DNA of 64,000 nt, taken from a virus. Positions 39,601-49,951 of this stretch are shown here, in pieces; position 1 is the first letter of the stretch, and every line of letters starts with the position of its first letter. The stretch is taken from positions 17,299 to 81,298 of IMG/VR virus record IMGVR_UViG_3300013212_000072. One strand, given 5' to 3'. The notes beneath the pieces were generated by a model. That model worked only from the letters and a program-made list of their open reading frames with translations, was not told the origin of the DNA and ran no database searches. A program made the translations under genes and the position numbers.

Positions 39601-40392
39601 ACACCTCAAAAAGTTGCAATTGGAAATCAAATAACATATACGCAATACTCGAATGGTATTTATTTACATGTTGACCATCCTCTTTTAAAAACATATAATG
39701 ACGGTGCGGTTCCTGGTTCTACTTTAAAACAAATTGCAAGTAACGGATTAATTGGAATGCCAAAAACTGCTTCGCTAAGAGCAACTGATGCCCATGGTAA
39801 AAAACAAACGCCACTTAGAATAATTGATACAATAAGTACAATAGAACCACCTACTGTAGATAATCAAACTGGAATTGTACAAGGTCTAAGACAGACGGGT
39901 AAAGCAGGATTCTCTCCAGAAGACCAATACTTATTAGGAGGAAGATCGTGCGGTTCTTTTCTTTATATCTCTCCATTAAATGTTAATTCATTAGTAGTAG
40001 ACTCTTCTAATAAAAGTGGTAAAAAGTTAATTCCAGGAGGAAGCGCGAACGCAGTGTCAGTTGATTTGGTATATCAGTACCGTATGACTGATTATTATGG
40101 ACCTAAAGCCACTGGAACTGGTAGAGTTGGTGGAATTTTAGATAATACTTTTACAAACTTAAGTTATGCTAAAAAAATAGGTATTGATATAATTGATTTT
40201 GGAAATAATGATTTTAAATTTGATGTTGAAGTAACCTCTAAATATGCAGCAGAAGGTAGAAATATTAATAATGTTACAAGCACGATGCTAACAACATATA
40301 AACAAAATTACCAACCAGGAAGAGGAAGACGTCGATGGTTATCTTCTAGCTTTTTAGATCTTTCTTTCCCAGATATTAATAAGTTCTACTAA
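36670..40392 (+). CDS. Large virion structural protein (1240 aa)
   Basis: Long ORF in the structural operon. Confidence 0.5.
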   Translation: MSASNSISQLLEQFLELNTNSLETFVRINEAITTDKETVSIDLFNSKTNKMETIQIPAFGYLKREIDRLNSNVSSISGLEGSNANVRLKDGSFRTIHTSRLKGPSPSITSLASPTQFSTKLNDFFENFLNPLLTINLDVSKQIPVETEKVYVERYIFNENDLTSITAFDELYKGGSEIVYSDFTTQLSNNNFVYYLDSQVIDMPIRKIQYTGFFDVIKIDNAQKNIVIDGTTQTKIVKLFTFNKLTFTDSTKTLKDTETLKTGDSLIVNSGNYRTRYQILSIDASTSQVELLLLEGSESIKLGVNQLGIYKAIDTDLNIEINVAFNERQVIFVKPIDPVSKIPAEDFSPGVGFYSNSLEMNDVAGNKMTLAEYYKNEVADFGQFLKSLKVDYIPPAASGIKPTPPVINVENFKVVQINKHLTDNTTTDKIKQLKSDKSSTEQSLKQLDESIKQKKSLINTKKFASQAESDTHKNELNSLVSQRESESKLFSSVVSEIKSSAESADLQTASPKYKVRGFWAVPEPKTIGNQVSQEVVQFKIRYRYVSTSGKTSNIDQLKFIDATNQTEKTAAFSNWVEVNGPVRKRAMDANGKYGWILESEEDANAVNFNSFDIAINPGEVVEFMIKSISEAGFPANPLESDWSPIEKIEFPQGEINTDNLGNVIKANELDLLKVQIQQDLESVGVYKHVGESFTVGSQTFAHSANTIASGFITDAQAPITVYEKLLALQNEVLSLRAVIEKTTGELLVRIIDENGNVTPVTNNSTVQLFAGYYSQEIPAVNGKGAIVTKNFKIELSNTKATDLELISRIVGDTTQPAPVSTNNTKFGLGTGTPDPVYNSDYYRDEAKYDLVPVIYQNINNLNTDYINSGPDQSSQLKGQFIYSRFKNIANDDNLYVITEGVNSDGNINTALPATDEGINSAYDKYEYGISYDFSIVPQDTINPEFKNFSGVGVTATAYIPISSSPNDFVWNGGFSGATPQKVAIGNQITYTQYSNGIYLHVDHPLLKTYNDGAVPGSTLKQIASNGLIGMPKTASLRATDAHGKKQTPLRIIDTISTIEPPTVDNQTGIVQGLRQTGKAGFSPEDQYLLGGRSCGSFLYISPLNVNSLVVDSSNKSGKKLIPGGSANAVSVDLVYQYRMTDYYGPKATGTGRVGGILDNTFTNLSYAKKIGIDIIDFGNNDFKFDVEVTSKYAAEGRNINNVTSTMLTTYKQNYQPGRGRRRWLSSSFLDLSFPDINKFY

Positions 40393-40459
40393 GAATTCTA
40401 CCTCTTTATGTTGTTCCATAATCTGGGATATATAATATAAATAAAAAGAGGTGTCCTAG

Positions 40460-43400
40460 ATGGCTACAATTAATACTAGTACTGTAAACAATTCAATAGA
40501 TAATAAATCTTTTGTTTTATTAAGAACAAACCCAAAGTTAACAAGTAACTCAAAGTTACTTGTTAACTCTAATGGTGACCTATTCTTAAGTTCTTTTAGA
40601 GCAAATAAAGAACTTTCTAAAATTGAGTATCAAAAATATGAGGTTAAATCTTCTGGGATATATTCTATCGATATCGCTAATTTCTATAGAAATCTTCCAC
40701 TAACCCAAAGATATGAAACTCTTAGAGCATCTTCAGATATTACCCTATTTTCTGAGTATGAATTTCAATACGAAGACCAGTATCAATATGGTGCAATCCA
40801 AAATACTACTAAATTATATGATGAGCAATATAAAATATTTGCTCCAATTTGGCTTGAAAAACAAGTACCTTCTAAATTTGTAATTTATAGAATCGAGGAC
40901 GTTGATTATGCAACTAACTATAGTGAAGATACTATCGGACAAAATTCTAGGATTTTAGAACTTCTTAAAAATGCAACAATAATTAAAACAATTGATTTAG
41001 GTAAATCTTCAAAAATTGGAGAATACTTAAATACTCATGTTAACGATAAAAGATTTCCAAACTCAGCGCTTACTATAAATTTTAAAGAAGGTTCTCAATC
41101 AACATTTAATGGTATTGATATTGTCAATGGTGGATTTACTGTTAAAACAGAGCAATTAGACAGAGATTATGTTCAAGTTGATTATCCTGAAATTTTTAGC
41201 AACCAAACCATAACAAATGGATTTGAAAGAAATGGTATTGTTTCTGCTAATATAATTAATTTAGAATTTTTGTTTGATGATTATACTGCAGAAAACTATA
41301 AAATTTATCGATACTTTGGTATTTATGTAGATGATATTGACGAGGGAGACTTTGGTTCTATTGGACTTGATTCTCATGGTTATTTGAATATTGAATATAA
41401 TAGTTACAAAACATTTTATGACTTAAGTCAATTTTCAATTTCAATTACTGATATTAATATGTTTCCTGGAAACGATCAATTCCAAATTCCAACGCTTCAA
41501 TATGTTAAAGACAAAATAGGTACTTTTTATAATATAAAAAATTCAACTAGCAAATTAATTAATGCAGGTAATTCGGGACTTGGCATACCTCCAATATGGT
41601 CTTATAAGTTTTTAATCTCTCCAAATAACAATGATGAAAAATCTTTTATTGGATATGCAAAAAATGGTAAGAAAATAACAGCAGATCTAAAAAAACCAAG
41701 CTACAAAGGATTTATTAAAGTAACTATAAAAGATATTCCAAGTGCTAATGATAGAGTTTTTATTGGAGATAAAACGGAACTTCAAATCTCGCAATACAAT
41801 TTAGGAGACTATATTGTTGTTGCAAGTGCAGATCCTATGCTTCCTCCTGGTAGAGCAAATGGAAATAAGTTTTCAAACCAAGGAAGTTTACAACAAATAG
41901 CAATCGCATTTGCCTCTGCTATTAACAATGGAGAAATTATAACGTATAAAACAAAAGTTATTGATACTTCGATAATTATTGAAGAGATAGTTTCTGGAAA
42001 TAAAAGAAGACAAACAGCGTTTGGCGTATATAACCTTAATTTTGTTGATTTTATTACAGTTGAGGATAGTGAATTTAATGATATTGGTCTAACTCCATAT
42101 ATCCCAAGCGATTGGAGTATATGGACAACTATAGCAGGATCAGTTGAAGGGCAATCAATTCTTGTTAAGTCTTCAGAAATTGGGAATGTACAGGTTGGAG
42201 AATATTTAAAACAAAAAGATTCTGATAAATTTGTTAAAATTATAGAAATTAATCGGGACCCATTTGATACTGATTATTATAGAGTTATTTTAGATAGGGT
42301 CACAAAACTTTCAAATGATAGAGTATATGAAGTTTACGATGAATATAAAACAGTTCATGGTAGATTTGCAGCATACGATTTTAAAGATTTCGATTTTGAT
42401 TTTTATTCAACCAGAAACTCAGACTTAGGAGACCTTGTTTATGATAAAATTAAAATTAGAAAAAATAATCCAGAATTTATAAGCACAGCAGAAACACCTT
42501 CAATACCTGAGTATATTGATGTTGTAGAGGATGTTAATGCACAATCTTTTTATTCAGGCCTTAGAGATATTTTATCTGGAGAAACTTCAAACACGGTCGT
42601 GAAAACAGAATTATTAAACGAATATGACCGACTTAAAGAAAATAGTCTTAAAGAAACCGCTCTTTTAAGTAGAGTTGTTCCTACTATTTGTAAATATGAA
42701 CTTAAAGACGCATCAAACGCTAGAAATTTACCATACATTTTAAATGTTAATGAAGCGTTTGGAGATGATAATTTATCGCCAAATATAGAATTAGATTCAA
42801 AAAGAAATGTTGAATTTTTAAATATGGAACATTTCTATCTAAATAAGATTCCAACTAATATATTAAGTGATAGAAAAGACTTAAATAATTATTTAGATTT
42901 TGCAAATGATGGAGGTTTAACGGTTGATAAATTAAAAAGAACTGATTTCAATTTCTTTGATAAACATTTCAATTGGACTGGATATGTTAAATACGGAGCA
43001 AATGAAACATGGTTTAATAATAAACCAAAAAGATTATGGTCTAAATTTGATATAGGTAATTTTGAAAAAAATTCATCAACTGTTTTTAGAGGCCTTCGAT
43101 ATGTTTTCCAAAAAAGAAAAGAAATTACAAATGATATTCCAACTGAATTCTTAAAAGGAATCGATATTAGTGATTATAAATTTGGAGCATATCTTAATTA
43201 TGTTAGTGATAATACTATTACTTCAAATTCAATCGTCTTTAATTGTATTAAAAATGACAAGTTTAAATTTATATGCGTTGAAATATCATTAAATGTTGAA
43301 GAAAATGATATAGCGGAAGATGAACTAAATCGATATTTATTGTATACTTTAACTGATTTAAAGGACAATATTACAGGCGATATTATTAATACTAGTATTC

Positions 43401-45037
43401 CATTTCGTATTGATATTGCAGGAGCCTTTCCAGGGGTTGATGAAAATGGATTGGAAGGTGAAGACATTCCTTTTATTGTTAGAGCCCATGATACTTCAAT
43501 TTCTGCAGGAGATGCAAAGTTTACTAATTTTGTTAAAAGGGATTCTTTTGGTGAATATTCTTGGATATATTTTGATGCGCCATCAGAAACATATGCCGTA
43601 AAGGTTATTGATGTTATTGATGACTATTCAATTTTAGTAAGTGGATATCCTTGGAAATTTAATATAGCTTTAGCCACACCAATTACAGATGAAAATGAAC
43701 CTGATCCTCGATTAACTCCGGAACTTTTTTCATTAGTGCCTATTACAGGTCCTTTTTATTATTCACAAGGAGGTAAAAATGAATTTGCTAATTTACTAGA
43801 TTCAATTAGTGCTTATAAATATTCTCAAAGATTTAATTCTTTTGGGCAGATAAATTATATTACAATTCCAGCGGATGGAACTCTAGCAACTGAAAATGAT
43901 TTTATTCTTTCAGTAGAATCTGGAGTTGATGTTACAAAACCTTCTATTATCCAGCCGGCGGCAGATGCAGAAAGACCAAAGGCATATAGATTGTCCTCAA
44001 ATCAAATTGGTAATGTTATAGAAGAAAGAGAAGATGGAGGATATGTATCTATTTTAAGAAGAATGAATGGAGATTATAATCCTATATTCAATGATATTAT
44101 AACATTCTCTGATATTAATTCCGATAAAAAAGTTGAATTAGAATCTATATTCCCTCCGGAAGAACCTGAAGTTGAAGATGCTGCATTAGTTACTTACAAT
44201 AAATTAAATGGTAAGGGAATCTCTTTTGATTCTTTTAAAGAAAATACAACTAATTATGGTTTTATTAGTAACTATTTTTATCATAAAGTTAATGAACAGG
44301 ACTCAAAAAATATATTAAAACTTTCTCAAACAACTGATAAATTACCGTTGTACCCTTTGATTGGTGAAATTGCAATTGATAAAAAAGATATTAATGTTTT
44401 TAAATCTAAGTATTCAAATGATTATTTTACAAGAGCCCTAAGTGGCGGAGAATTTGAAGTAACAAATGGAACCCTAAGTCCTGTAGAAAAGAAAACATTC
44501 ATGACATCAACCATTATGAAAGTTAGAGATACTTATGACATAACAAAGTTTGATAATACTTACGAAGTTTCAATCGAAGTCCTAGATAAAATAAGATTTG
44601 CTCAATCAAATACAACATCTATACATTGGATTGAAGATGCATCTCAAGTTATTGCAGATTTTTATTTGCCAACTGCTATATTAAATGAACTAATTGAAGA
44701 TGGAATTGAAAATAATTTTAGAAGGTATGTTAGTGCTGCAAATTCATATGGAGATAAATCTTCGATAAAAGATGATTTGCAAATATACTCAAAGTCAAAT
44801 ATATCTCCTCGTTTTATTATTGATTCAATTAAAATATATGGAATTGAGGCTAAAGGATTAGAGACTAATTTTGTATCGGTTACTCAAACTTCGCAATTGA
44901 CCCTTGATAATTATGTAGAATTGACTAATTTTAACATTCAAAGTTATCAAAATGACGGATTAAGTTTTAGACTAATATATAATAAAAAACATGGGTATTC
45001 TTATAACTTTAAAATACACATTAAAATACAAGCATAA
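40460..45037 (+). CDS. Large virion structural protein (1525 aa)
   Basis: GATATATA at 40427; structural context. Confidence 0.5.
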   Translation: MATINTSTVNNSIDNKSFVLLRTNPKLTSNSKLLVNSNGDLFLSSFRANKELSKIEYQKYEVKSSGIYSIDIANFYRNLPLTQRYETLRASSDITLFSEYEFQYEDQYQYGAIQNTTKLYDEQYKIFAPIWLEKQVPSKFVIYRIEDVDYATNYSEDTIGQNSRILELLKNATIIKTIDLGKSSKIGEYLNTHVNDKRFPNSALTINFKEGSQSTFNGIDIVNGGFTVKTEQLDRDYVQVDYPEIFSNQTITNGFERNGIVSANIINLEFLFDDYTAENYKIYRYFGIYVDDIDEGDFGSIGLDSHGYLNIEYNSYKTFYDLSQFSISITDINMFPGNDQFQIPTLQYVKDKIGTFYNIKNSTSKLINAGNSGLGIPPIWSYKFLISPNNNDEKSFIGYAKNGKKITADLKKPSYKGFIKVTIKDIPSANDRVFIGDKTELQISQYNLGDYIVVASADPMLPPGRANGNKFSNQGSLQQIAIAFASAINNGEIITYKTKVIDTSIIIEEIVSGNKRRQTAFGVYNLNFVDFITVEDSEFNDIGLTPYIPSDWSIWTTIAGSVEGQSILVKSSEIGNVQVGEYLKQKDSDKFVKIIEINRDPFDTDYYRVILDRVTKLSNDRVYEVYDEYKTVHGRFAAYDFKDFDFDFYSTRNSDLGDLVYDKIKIRKNNPEFISTAETPSIPEYIDVVEDVNAQSFYSGLRDILSGETSNTVVKTELLNEYDRLKENSLKETALLSRVVPTICKYELKDASNARNLPYILNVNEAFGDDNLSPNIELDSKRNVEFLNMEHFYLNKIPTNILSDRKDLNNYLDFANDGGLTVDKLKRTDFNFFDKHFNWTGYVKYGANETWFNNKPKRLWSKFDIGNFEKNSSTVFRGLRYVFQKRKEITNDIPTEFLKGIDISDYKFGAYLNYVSDNTITSNSIVFNCIKNDKFKFICVEISLNVEENDIAEDELNRYLLYTLTDLKDNITGDIINTSIPFRIDIAGAFPGVDENGLEGEDIPFIVRAHDTSISAGDAKFTNFVKRDSFGEYSWIYFDAPSETYAVKVIDVIDDYSILVSGYPWKFNIALATPITDENEPDPRLTPELFSLVPITGPFYYSQGGKNEFANLLDSISAYKYSQRFNSFGQINYITIPADGTLATENDFILSVESGVDVTKPSIIQPAADAERPKAYRLSSNQIGNVIEEREDGGYVSILRRMNGDYNPIFNDIITFSDINSDKKVELESIFPPEEPEVEDAALVTYNKLNGKGISFDSFKENTTNYGFISNYFYHKVNEQDSKNILKLSQTTDKLPLYPLIGEIAIDKKDINVFKSKYSNDYFTRALSGGEFEVTNGTLSPVEKKTFMTSTIMKVRDTYDITKFDNTYEVSIEVLDKIRFAQSNTTSIHWIEDASQVIADFYLPTAILNELIEDGIENNFRRYVSAANSYGDKSSIKDDLQIYSKSNISPRFIIDSIKIYGIEAKGLETNFVSVTQTSQLTLDNYVELTNFNIQSYQNDGLSFRLIYNKKHGYSYNFKIHIKIQA

Positions 45038-45040
45038 TTA

Positions 45041-46654
45041 ATGGCTATTAATATAAAAGAACTTTTTGTAACTGATCTCGATCCAAATAGTGGAGCCTGG
45101 TGGTCTGTTGACAAGGTCGATAAGATTAATTATAATTTTAATCAGTTTTTAAACGGAGGTGCACCAGGACCTCAGGGTACTATCGGAGTAGATGGCGGGT
45201 TTGGTCAAACTGGACCCCAAGGAGACACTGGATATAAAGGTTCCCAAGGTTTTCAAGGGTATCAAGGCTCCGGAATTTTTAATGAGTGGGAATATTTTCC
45301 AGAGGGCGATGGTTTGCCAGGATATTTATCTCCTAGAAAAAATACTATTGGAGTAAATCAATCGGCACCAGTTGCTCTAAGAATAGGATTCCAAGGCAAT
45401 GATACTGGAGTATATAATGTAGGCTCTGCACAACAGGCTACACCTATTCAAATCGTAAAAGCTAGAGATAGTTGGGTTAATTTAAGAGTTGAAGATAACG
45501 GAGGTTTTAATGGTTATAATTTTGGGTTTGATATTGATTGTGGTTGTCCCGGTGATGCGCATTTTAAGATTTCTCCAGGGCTTGCAGGTACTGAATTTAG
45601 AATTATTTATACAGCAGAAAATATAGTACTAAAAACAGGAGATACACATACTTCTTTAATAGATTCAATCACTATCACAAACTCTGAAATTACTGTAAAC
45701 ACAGGAGGAAATTCCGGAGTTCCATTTTTTCTAGGAGAGCCTTCGGGTAAAACTACAAAATCTAAAGATGCATTTATATTTACTACAGGCGCTATAAAAG
45801 ATAGAGTTCTTGTTTCTAATAATACTAATGGAAACGTTGAATGGAAAGATGCTAAAAAAGTCTTTGGTACATTTCCAATAGGTTCTATAATTTCAATTAG
45901 GCCGGATGAATTTAATACTGATCATTTTTGGCTAAATGACTCAGTAGATGTTGCTTCAGGTTCTCTATTAAATAATATATATGGAAGAGGAAAGATAGGT
46001 ACAGATTTTGAAAGATGGTACCTTTGTAATGGAGAGACCTGGGAAACGGAAGAGGGGTTTAATCAATATTTAACGCCAGATCTAAATAATTTTAGTTATA
46101 CCATAAGCGCAAATGGAGGTGCTCAAAGTTTGGTTACAGCGCCTGAGCTGGATCCAATAGTAATTGGAGGATATGATTTAACGATGTATGCAAATACAGA
46201 TATAGATGGATTATACAAAATAGAATTTACTACCCGTATTTTAGATAATGACACATCACCCGGAAATAATACTATTTCTATGCCAATTTCTGGTTCTACG
46301 CATACCGTAAGTTCGATGATTCATATTGTTTATTTAGAAAATCCAAATTTAAAATGGTCAGTTGGTGGAAGTAGCACTCCTCCGGTTACTGTAAATACAA
46401 TTACTTTAACAGAGCCAGGTGCTACCGACGCATTAACATGCAATTTACCACTGACATCTTATTATGATTGGAATGGACCTGATGCAACAACTTGGAATAC
46501 TTTTGAAGTTTCTTCATCAGTATATAAATTGTTTAATCTTAATACCACAATATATGCCCCATCTGGATGGTATACTAATATTTATGGATATCCAATATAT
46601 TGGAGCTCAAGCATTGGTAAATTTACTCAAAGAGGAACTTTATGTACTACGTAA
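45041..46654 (+). CDS. Tail fibre with collagen-like repeat and tail-collar-like domain
   Basis: KINYNF; Gly-X-Y run (GPQG); FPIGSII...WYLCNG.TW..TPDL. Confidence 0.7.
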   Translation: MAINIKELFVTDLDPNSGAWWSVDKVDKINYNFNQFLNGGAPGPQGTIGVDGGFGQTGPQGDTGYKGSQGFQGYQGSGIFNEWEYFPEGDGLPGYLSPRKNTIGVNQSAPVALRIGFQGNDTGVYNVGSAQQATPIQIVKARDSWVNLRVEDNGGFNGYNFGFDIDCGCPGDAHFKISPGLAGTEFRIIYTAENIVLKTGDTHTSLIDSITITNSEITVNTGGNSGVPFFLGEPSGKTTKSKDAFIFTTGAIKDRVLVSNNTNGNVEWKDAKKVFGTFPIGSIISIRPDEFNTDHFWLNDSVDVASGSLLNNIYGRGKIGTDFERWYLCNGETWETEEGFNQYLTPDLNNFSYTISANGGAQSLVTAPELDPIVIGGYDLTMYANTDIDGLYKIEFTTRILDNDTSPGNNTISMPISGSTHTVSSMIHIVYLENPNLKWSVGGSSTPPVTVNTITLTEPGATDALTCNLPLTSYYDWNGPDATTWNTFEVSSSVYKLFNLNTTIYAPSGWYTNIYGYPIYWSSSIGKFTQRGTLCTT

Positions 46655-46675
46655 TTAAAATAATATATAATCTAA

Positions 46676-48022
46676 ATGATAATTAACCTTAAACAGATAC
46701 GAGCGCTTGATCCTGATAACATTAAGCTTGACAAAATTAACTATAATTTTGATCAACTTGTTGTCAATAGCGGAGGTCCTAAAGGTTATATAGGACCGGA
46801 TGGAAATGCAGGTCCTCAAGGATTTCAAGGAGCGTTAGGAGTTCAAGGAAATCGAGGAAATCGAGGTGCTCAAGGACCAAATGCAGTCGATACTACTTCG
46901 TATTGGGTGTCAACTCCTGAAAATGCAACGGACATGTCAACCTTGTTTGGTAAACATGTACCTGACTTACCAGAATACTCTCCAGTAATTGCTTCTGGTT
47001 ATATAGACGGAATAGGCGGAGACATTAAATATAATCAGCAACAATTAGATGACGGTTTGCCGACGTATCAATGGGTTATTAATAGAAGAAGCGCTAAAGT
47101 TGCTTCTAATTTAAGGTTCACAAGTGAAGATGTCGTAGAAAATGCATTCGATATTACTATGGATAATTCTGATGGTTTATCTAAATTGTATCTTGGTTTT
47201 ATTAATATCGTAGATTCACAATTAAATTTACAAACGCAAAATCATATTATTAGAAGCACATCATCCGGGGGTGATTTATTTAGTATTGGAACCGGTTCCA
47301 TAAATATGTATACTGATGCTTCATTTGAAAAACCTGTTACATTTAATTCACTATTAAGTATCTCTATTGATTCTCCGGGTGTAGATAAAATCGTAACGGC
47401 TGAGGATGTTACGGGTAGTGTAACTTTTAAAACTTCAGGAGAAATTGGCGGTAGTGTTAAAATTGGTACAATTATTTCTATATTACCTTCAGTATTTGAA
47501 AGTTCATTTGCGTTTATCGATGGCCAATTTATAGATACATCCTTAAATCCAAATGCGCCATTGCAAATAAGAGTAGGTGCTGGGATTGGAGATTATGAAG
47601 GTTGGTATATATGCAATGGGCAAACATGGACTGATGGTTCTACATCAATTACAGTTCCTGAGCTTAATTCATTTTCATATCAAATTTTATCAAACCCAAT
47701 TTCTCTAGATCCCAATAGTCAGGGTTATATAGGTGTAGTTAATGATGAAGTTTCACTAATAGGAGGTTCCAATATATCAGTATCTGCTAGTATCCCCCTG
47801 GGTGCAACTAGTGCAATATATAATAATTCTCTTACTAATAATTCAAATGATCCGCAAATTTCAACAAGTGTATCCGGTGGACAATTTAAAATTAAAAAGT
47901 TACCTCAAATTATTTATTTAGAAAATATTAATCTATGGTGGTCGCAGTTAGGCAATGGACAAACTTTATTAAGTGACTATTCAAGTGCTGATTATGTATT
48001 ACAAGATTATGATGCATCTTAA
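46676..48022 (+). CDS. Tail fibre paralogue (collagen + collar)
   Basis: KINYNFDQL; GPQGFQG; IGTII...GWYICNG.TW..VPEL. Confidence 0.7.
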   Translation: MIINLKQIRALDPDNIKLDKINYNFDQLVVNSGGPKGYIGPDGNAGPQGFQGALGVQGNRGNRGAQGPNAVDTTSYWVSTPENATDMSTLFGKHVPDLPEYSPVIASGYIDGIGGDIKYNQQQLDDGLPTYQWVINRRSAKVASNLRFTSEDVVENAFDITMDNSDGLSKLYLGFINIVDSQLNLQTQNHIIRSTSSGGDLFSIGTGSINMYTDASFEKPVTFNSLLSISIDSPGVDKIVTAEDVTGSVTFKTSGEIGGSVKIGTIISILPSVFESSFAFIDGQFIDTSLNPNAPLQIRVGAGIGDYEGWYICNGQTWTDGSTSITVPELNSFSYQILSNPISLDPNSQGYIGVVNDEVSLIGGSNISVSASIPLGATSAIYNNSLTNNSNDPQISTSVSGGQFKIKKLPQIIYLENINLWWSQLGNGQTLLSDYSSADYVLQDYDAS

Positions 48023-48041
48023 CTAAAATTAAAATAAAAAT

Positions 48042-48611
48042 ATGGCAAAATACAACGATATATCAACAGATATTTTAAATAAATTACCATCTGGATATCC
48101 AGATGGTATCGGTATAACAGCAGAAAAGCACAGAGAGGTTGAAACTTCTATATTGAATTTTGCAAAAAGCCAATGGCAAATTGGTGACATAAAAGAGGTA
48201 GATTGCACGGATGCATATATAGCAGCTAACTTTATTGGAGGAACTGGTCCTACGGCAGGACTTGGGATTATTGGAGGTGATAGAGAGGGATGGGCAATCT
48301 GTAATGGTAATAATTTAACAGTAAACCTAACAGGTAGAGTTTGTATTGCCTATGGAACCAATCCACCGGGCGGAATAGATTCGTTTCCAACAGTAGGTGC
48401 TACTGGAGGTTCAAAGGATTCGGTTGTTGTCGATCATACCCATACCTTTAATACACGTACGGAAATTTTAAATCTTGATGATGATAATAATTCAACTTCA
48501 AATATAACTGATGTTACAAAGACAACTGGAACAGCAAGTGGTGGTGTTCCAGGCATTGATAAAAATATGCAACCTTATATAGTTACTCTCTTTATTCAAA
48601 AAATATCATAA
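48042..48611 (+). CDS. Short collar/needle fibre-tip protein, paralogue 1
   Basis: GDIKE...GWAICNG.N.T.NL.GR, GG.K..V..HTH, NMQPYIVTLFIQK. Confidence 0.72.
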   Translation: MAKYNDISTDILNKLPSGYPDGIGITAEKHREVETSILNFAKSQWQIGDIKEVDCTDAYIAANFIGGTGPTAGLGIIGGDREGWAICNGNNLTVNLTGRVCIAYGTNPPGGIDSFPTVGATGGSKDSVVVDHTHTFNTRTEILNLDDDNNSTSNITDVTKTTGTASGGVPGIDKNMQPYIVTLFIQKIS

Positions 48612-48677
48612 TAAATAAACTTAAATTATTTTTTTACAAGATTATAATATTCTTAAATAAAAATAAAAATAAAAAAC

Positions 48678-49256
48678 ATGGCAATATACAAAACGTATGG
48701 TACTGTAGAAAGTTCTATTAAATCAAAATTAGCTCCTGGAACAGAAATAACAGCAGATAGGCATCGACAAGTTGAAAATGATATATTAGATTTTGCAGAA
48801 AACCGATGGTTAACAGGTGACATAAAAAAAGTGTTCTGTACAACTCAATATATCGAAGATAACTTTGAAACAAGCGGGCCTAATGTTGGCAAGGGAAAAG
48901 TCGGTGGTGATAGAGAAGGATGGGCTATCTGTAATGGAAACAATGGAACAAAAAACCGAACAGGTATAGTTTCTATCGGATACGGATCATTGCCCTTTGG
49001 TTGGGTATCAGCTAATTTTTCATCAGCAGGTGTCGCTGGAGGTTCAAAAGACGCGGTTGTTGTTACACATACACATACCTTTGAAAAATGGGATGCAACA
49101 AATGGTCGGTGGTGGAATTATCCTCCTAAACTCAAAACAACAGGACCAACTGAGACACAACAGACAACAGGAGGTGCAAGTAATGGTGTTCCAGGTACTG
49201 ATAAAAATATGCAACCCTATATAGTTATCTTGTTTATTCAAAGAGTACCATACTAG
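48678..49256 (+). CDS. Short collar/needle fibre-tip protein, paralogue 2
   Basis: Same motifs as 48042. Confidence 0.72.
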   Translation: MAIYKTYGTVESSIKSKLAPGTEITADRHRQVENDILDFAENRWLTGDIKKVFCTTQYIEDNFETSGPNVGKGKVGGDREGWAICNGNNGTKNRTGIVSIGYGSLPFGWVSANFSSAGVAGGSKDAVVVTHTHTFEKWDATNGRWWNYPPKLKTTGPTETQQTTGGASNGVPGTDKNMQPYIVILFIQRVPY

Positions 49257-49320
49257 ATAAACTTAGATTATGTTTTTTACAAGATTATAGTATATCTTAA
49301 ATATAAATAAAAATAAAAAT

Positions 49321-49902
49321 ATGATAACATATAACGAAGTTTTATCAAATATTCAGAATAAATTAGCGGATAGCGATAATATAAAAGCATTAAGACATCA
49401 AGATGTTAATTTAAGTATTTTAAATTTTACAGATATTCAATGGCTGACCGGCGATATAAAAGAAATAGATTGTACTAATGCATATATTAATCTCAACTTT
49501 GAAACAGCCGGGACTAATATTGGCAAAGGAAAGGTCGGTGGCGAAAGAGAAGGATGGGCTATTTGTAATGGAAACAATGGAACAAAAAACCGAACAGGTA
49601 GAGTTTCTGTTGGATACGGATCATCGCCCTTTGGTTGGGTATCAGCTATTTTTTCATCAATAGGCCCAAATAATTACACTCCAGTCTACGGAGGTTCAAA
49701 AGATGCAGTTGTTGTCGAACACACACATAATTATCAAACTAGGGGAGGAACTCTATATAATGGTGAAGATTCTAACAAATTCCGAGATAATTCGACTAAC
49801 CCGGGTCCTTTTAACACATATACTACTGATCCAACAGGAGTTTCAGGTACTGATAAAAACCTGCAACCATATATAGTTACGCTATTTATTCAAAAACTAT
49901 AA
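49321..49902 (+). CDS. Short collar/needle fibre-tip protein, paralogue 3
   Basis: Same motifs; ~140 nt nearly identical to paralogue 2. Confidence 0.72.
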   Translation: MITYNEVLSNIQNKLADSDNIKALRHQDVNLSILNFTDIQWLTGDIKEIDCTNAYINLNFETAGTNIGKGKVGGEREGWAICNGNNGTKNRTGRVSVGYGSSPFGWVSAIFSSIGPNNYTPVYGGSKDAVVVEHTHNYQTRGGTLYNGEDSNKFRDNSTNPGPFNTYTTDPTGVSGTDKNLQPYIVTLFIQKL

Positions 49903-49951
49903 TAGGTATGCTCTCTGAAAATTAGAATATATAATCTAAATATAGATAGGT

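Larger units (their letters stand above)
47990..49902 (+). repeat. Tandem triplication of a ~640-bp unit
   Basis: TTACAAGATTAT...TCTTAA at 47999, 48634 and 49277 (periods 635 and 643), each followed by a paralogous gene. Confidence 0.85.

Noticed and set aside
48042-49902. Diversity-generating retroelement or shufflon
   Set aside because: No reverse transcriptase or invertase in the window; differences are not adenine-specific; all copies are full genes in direct orientation.
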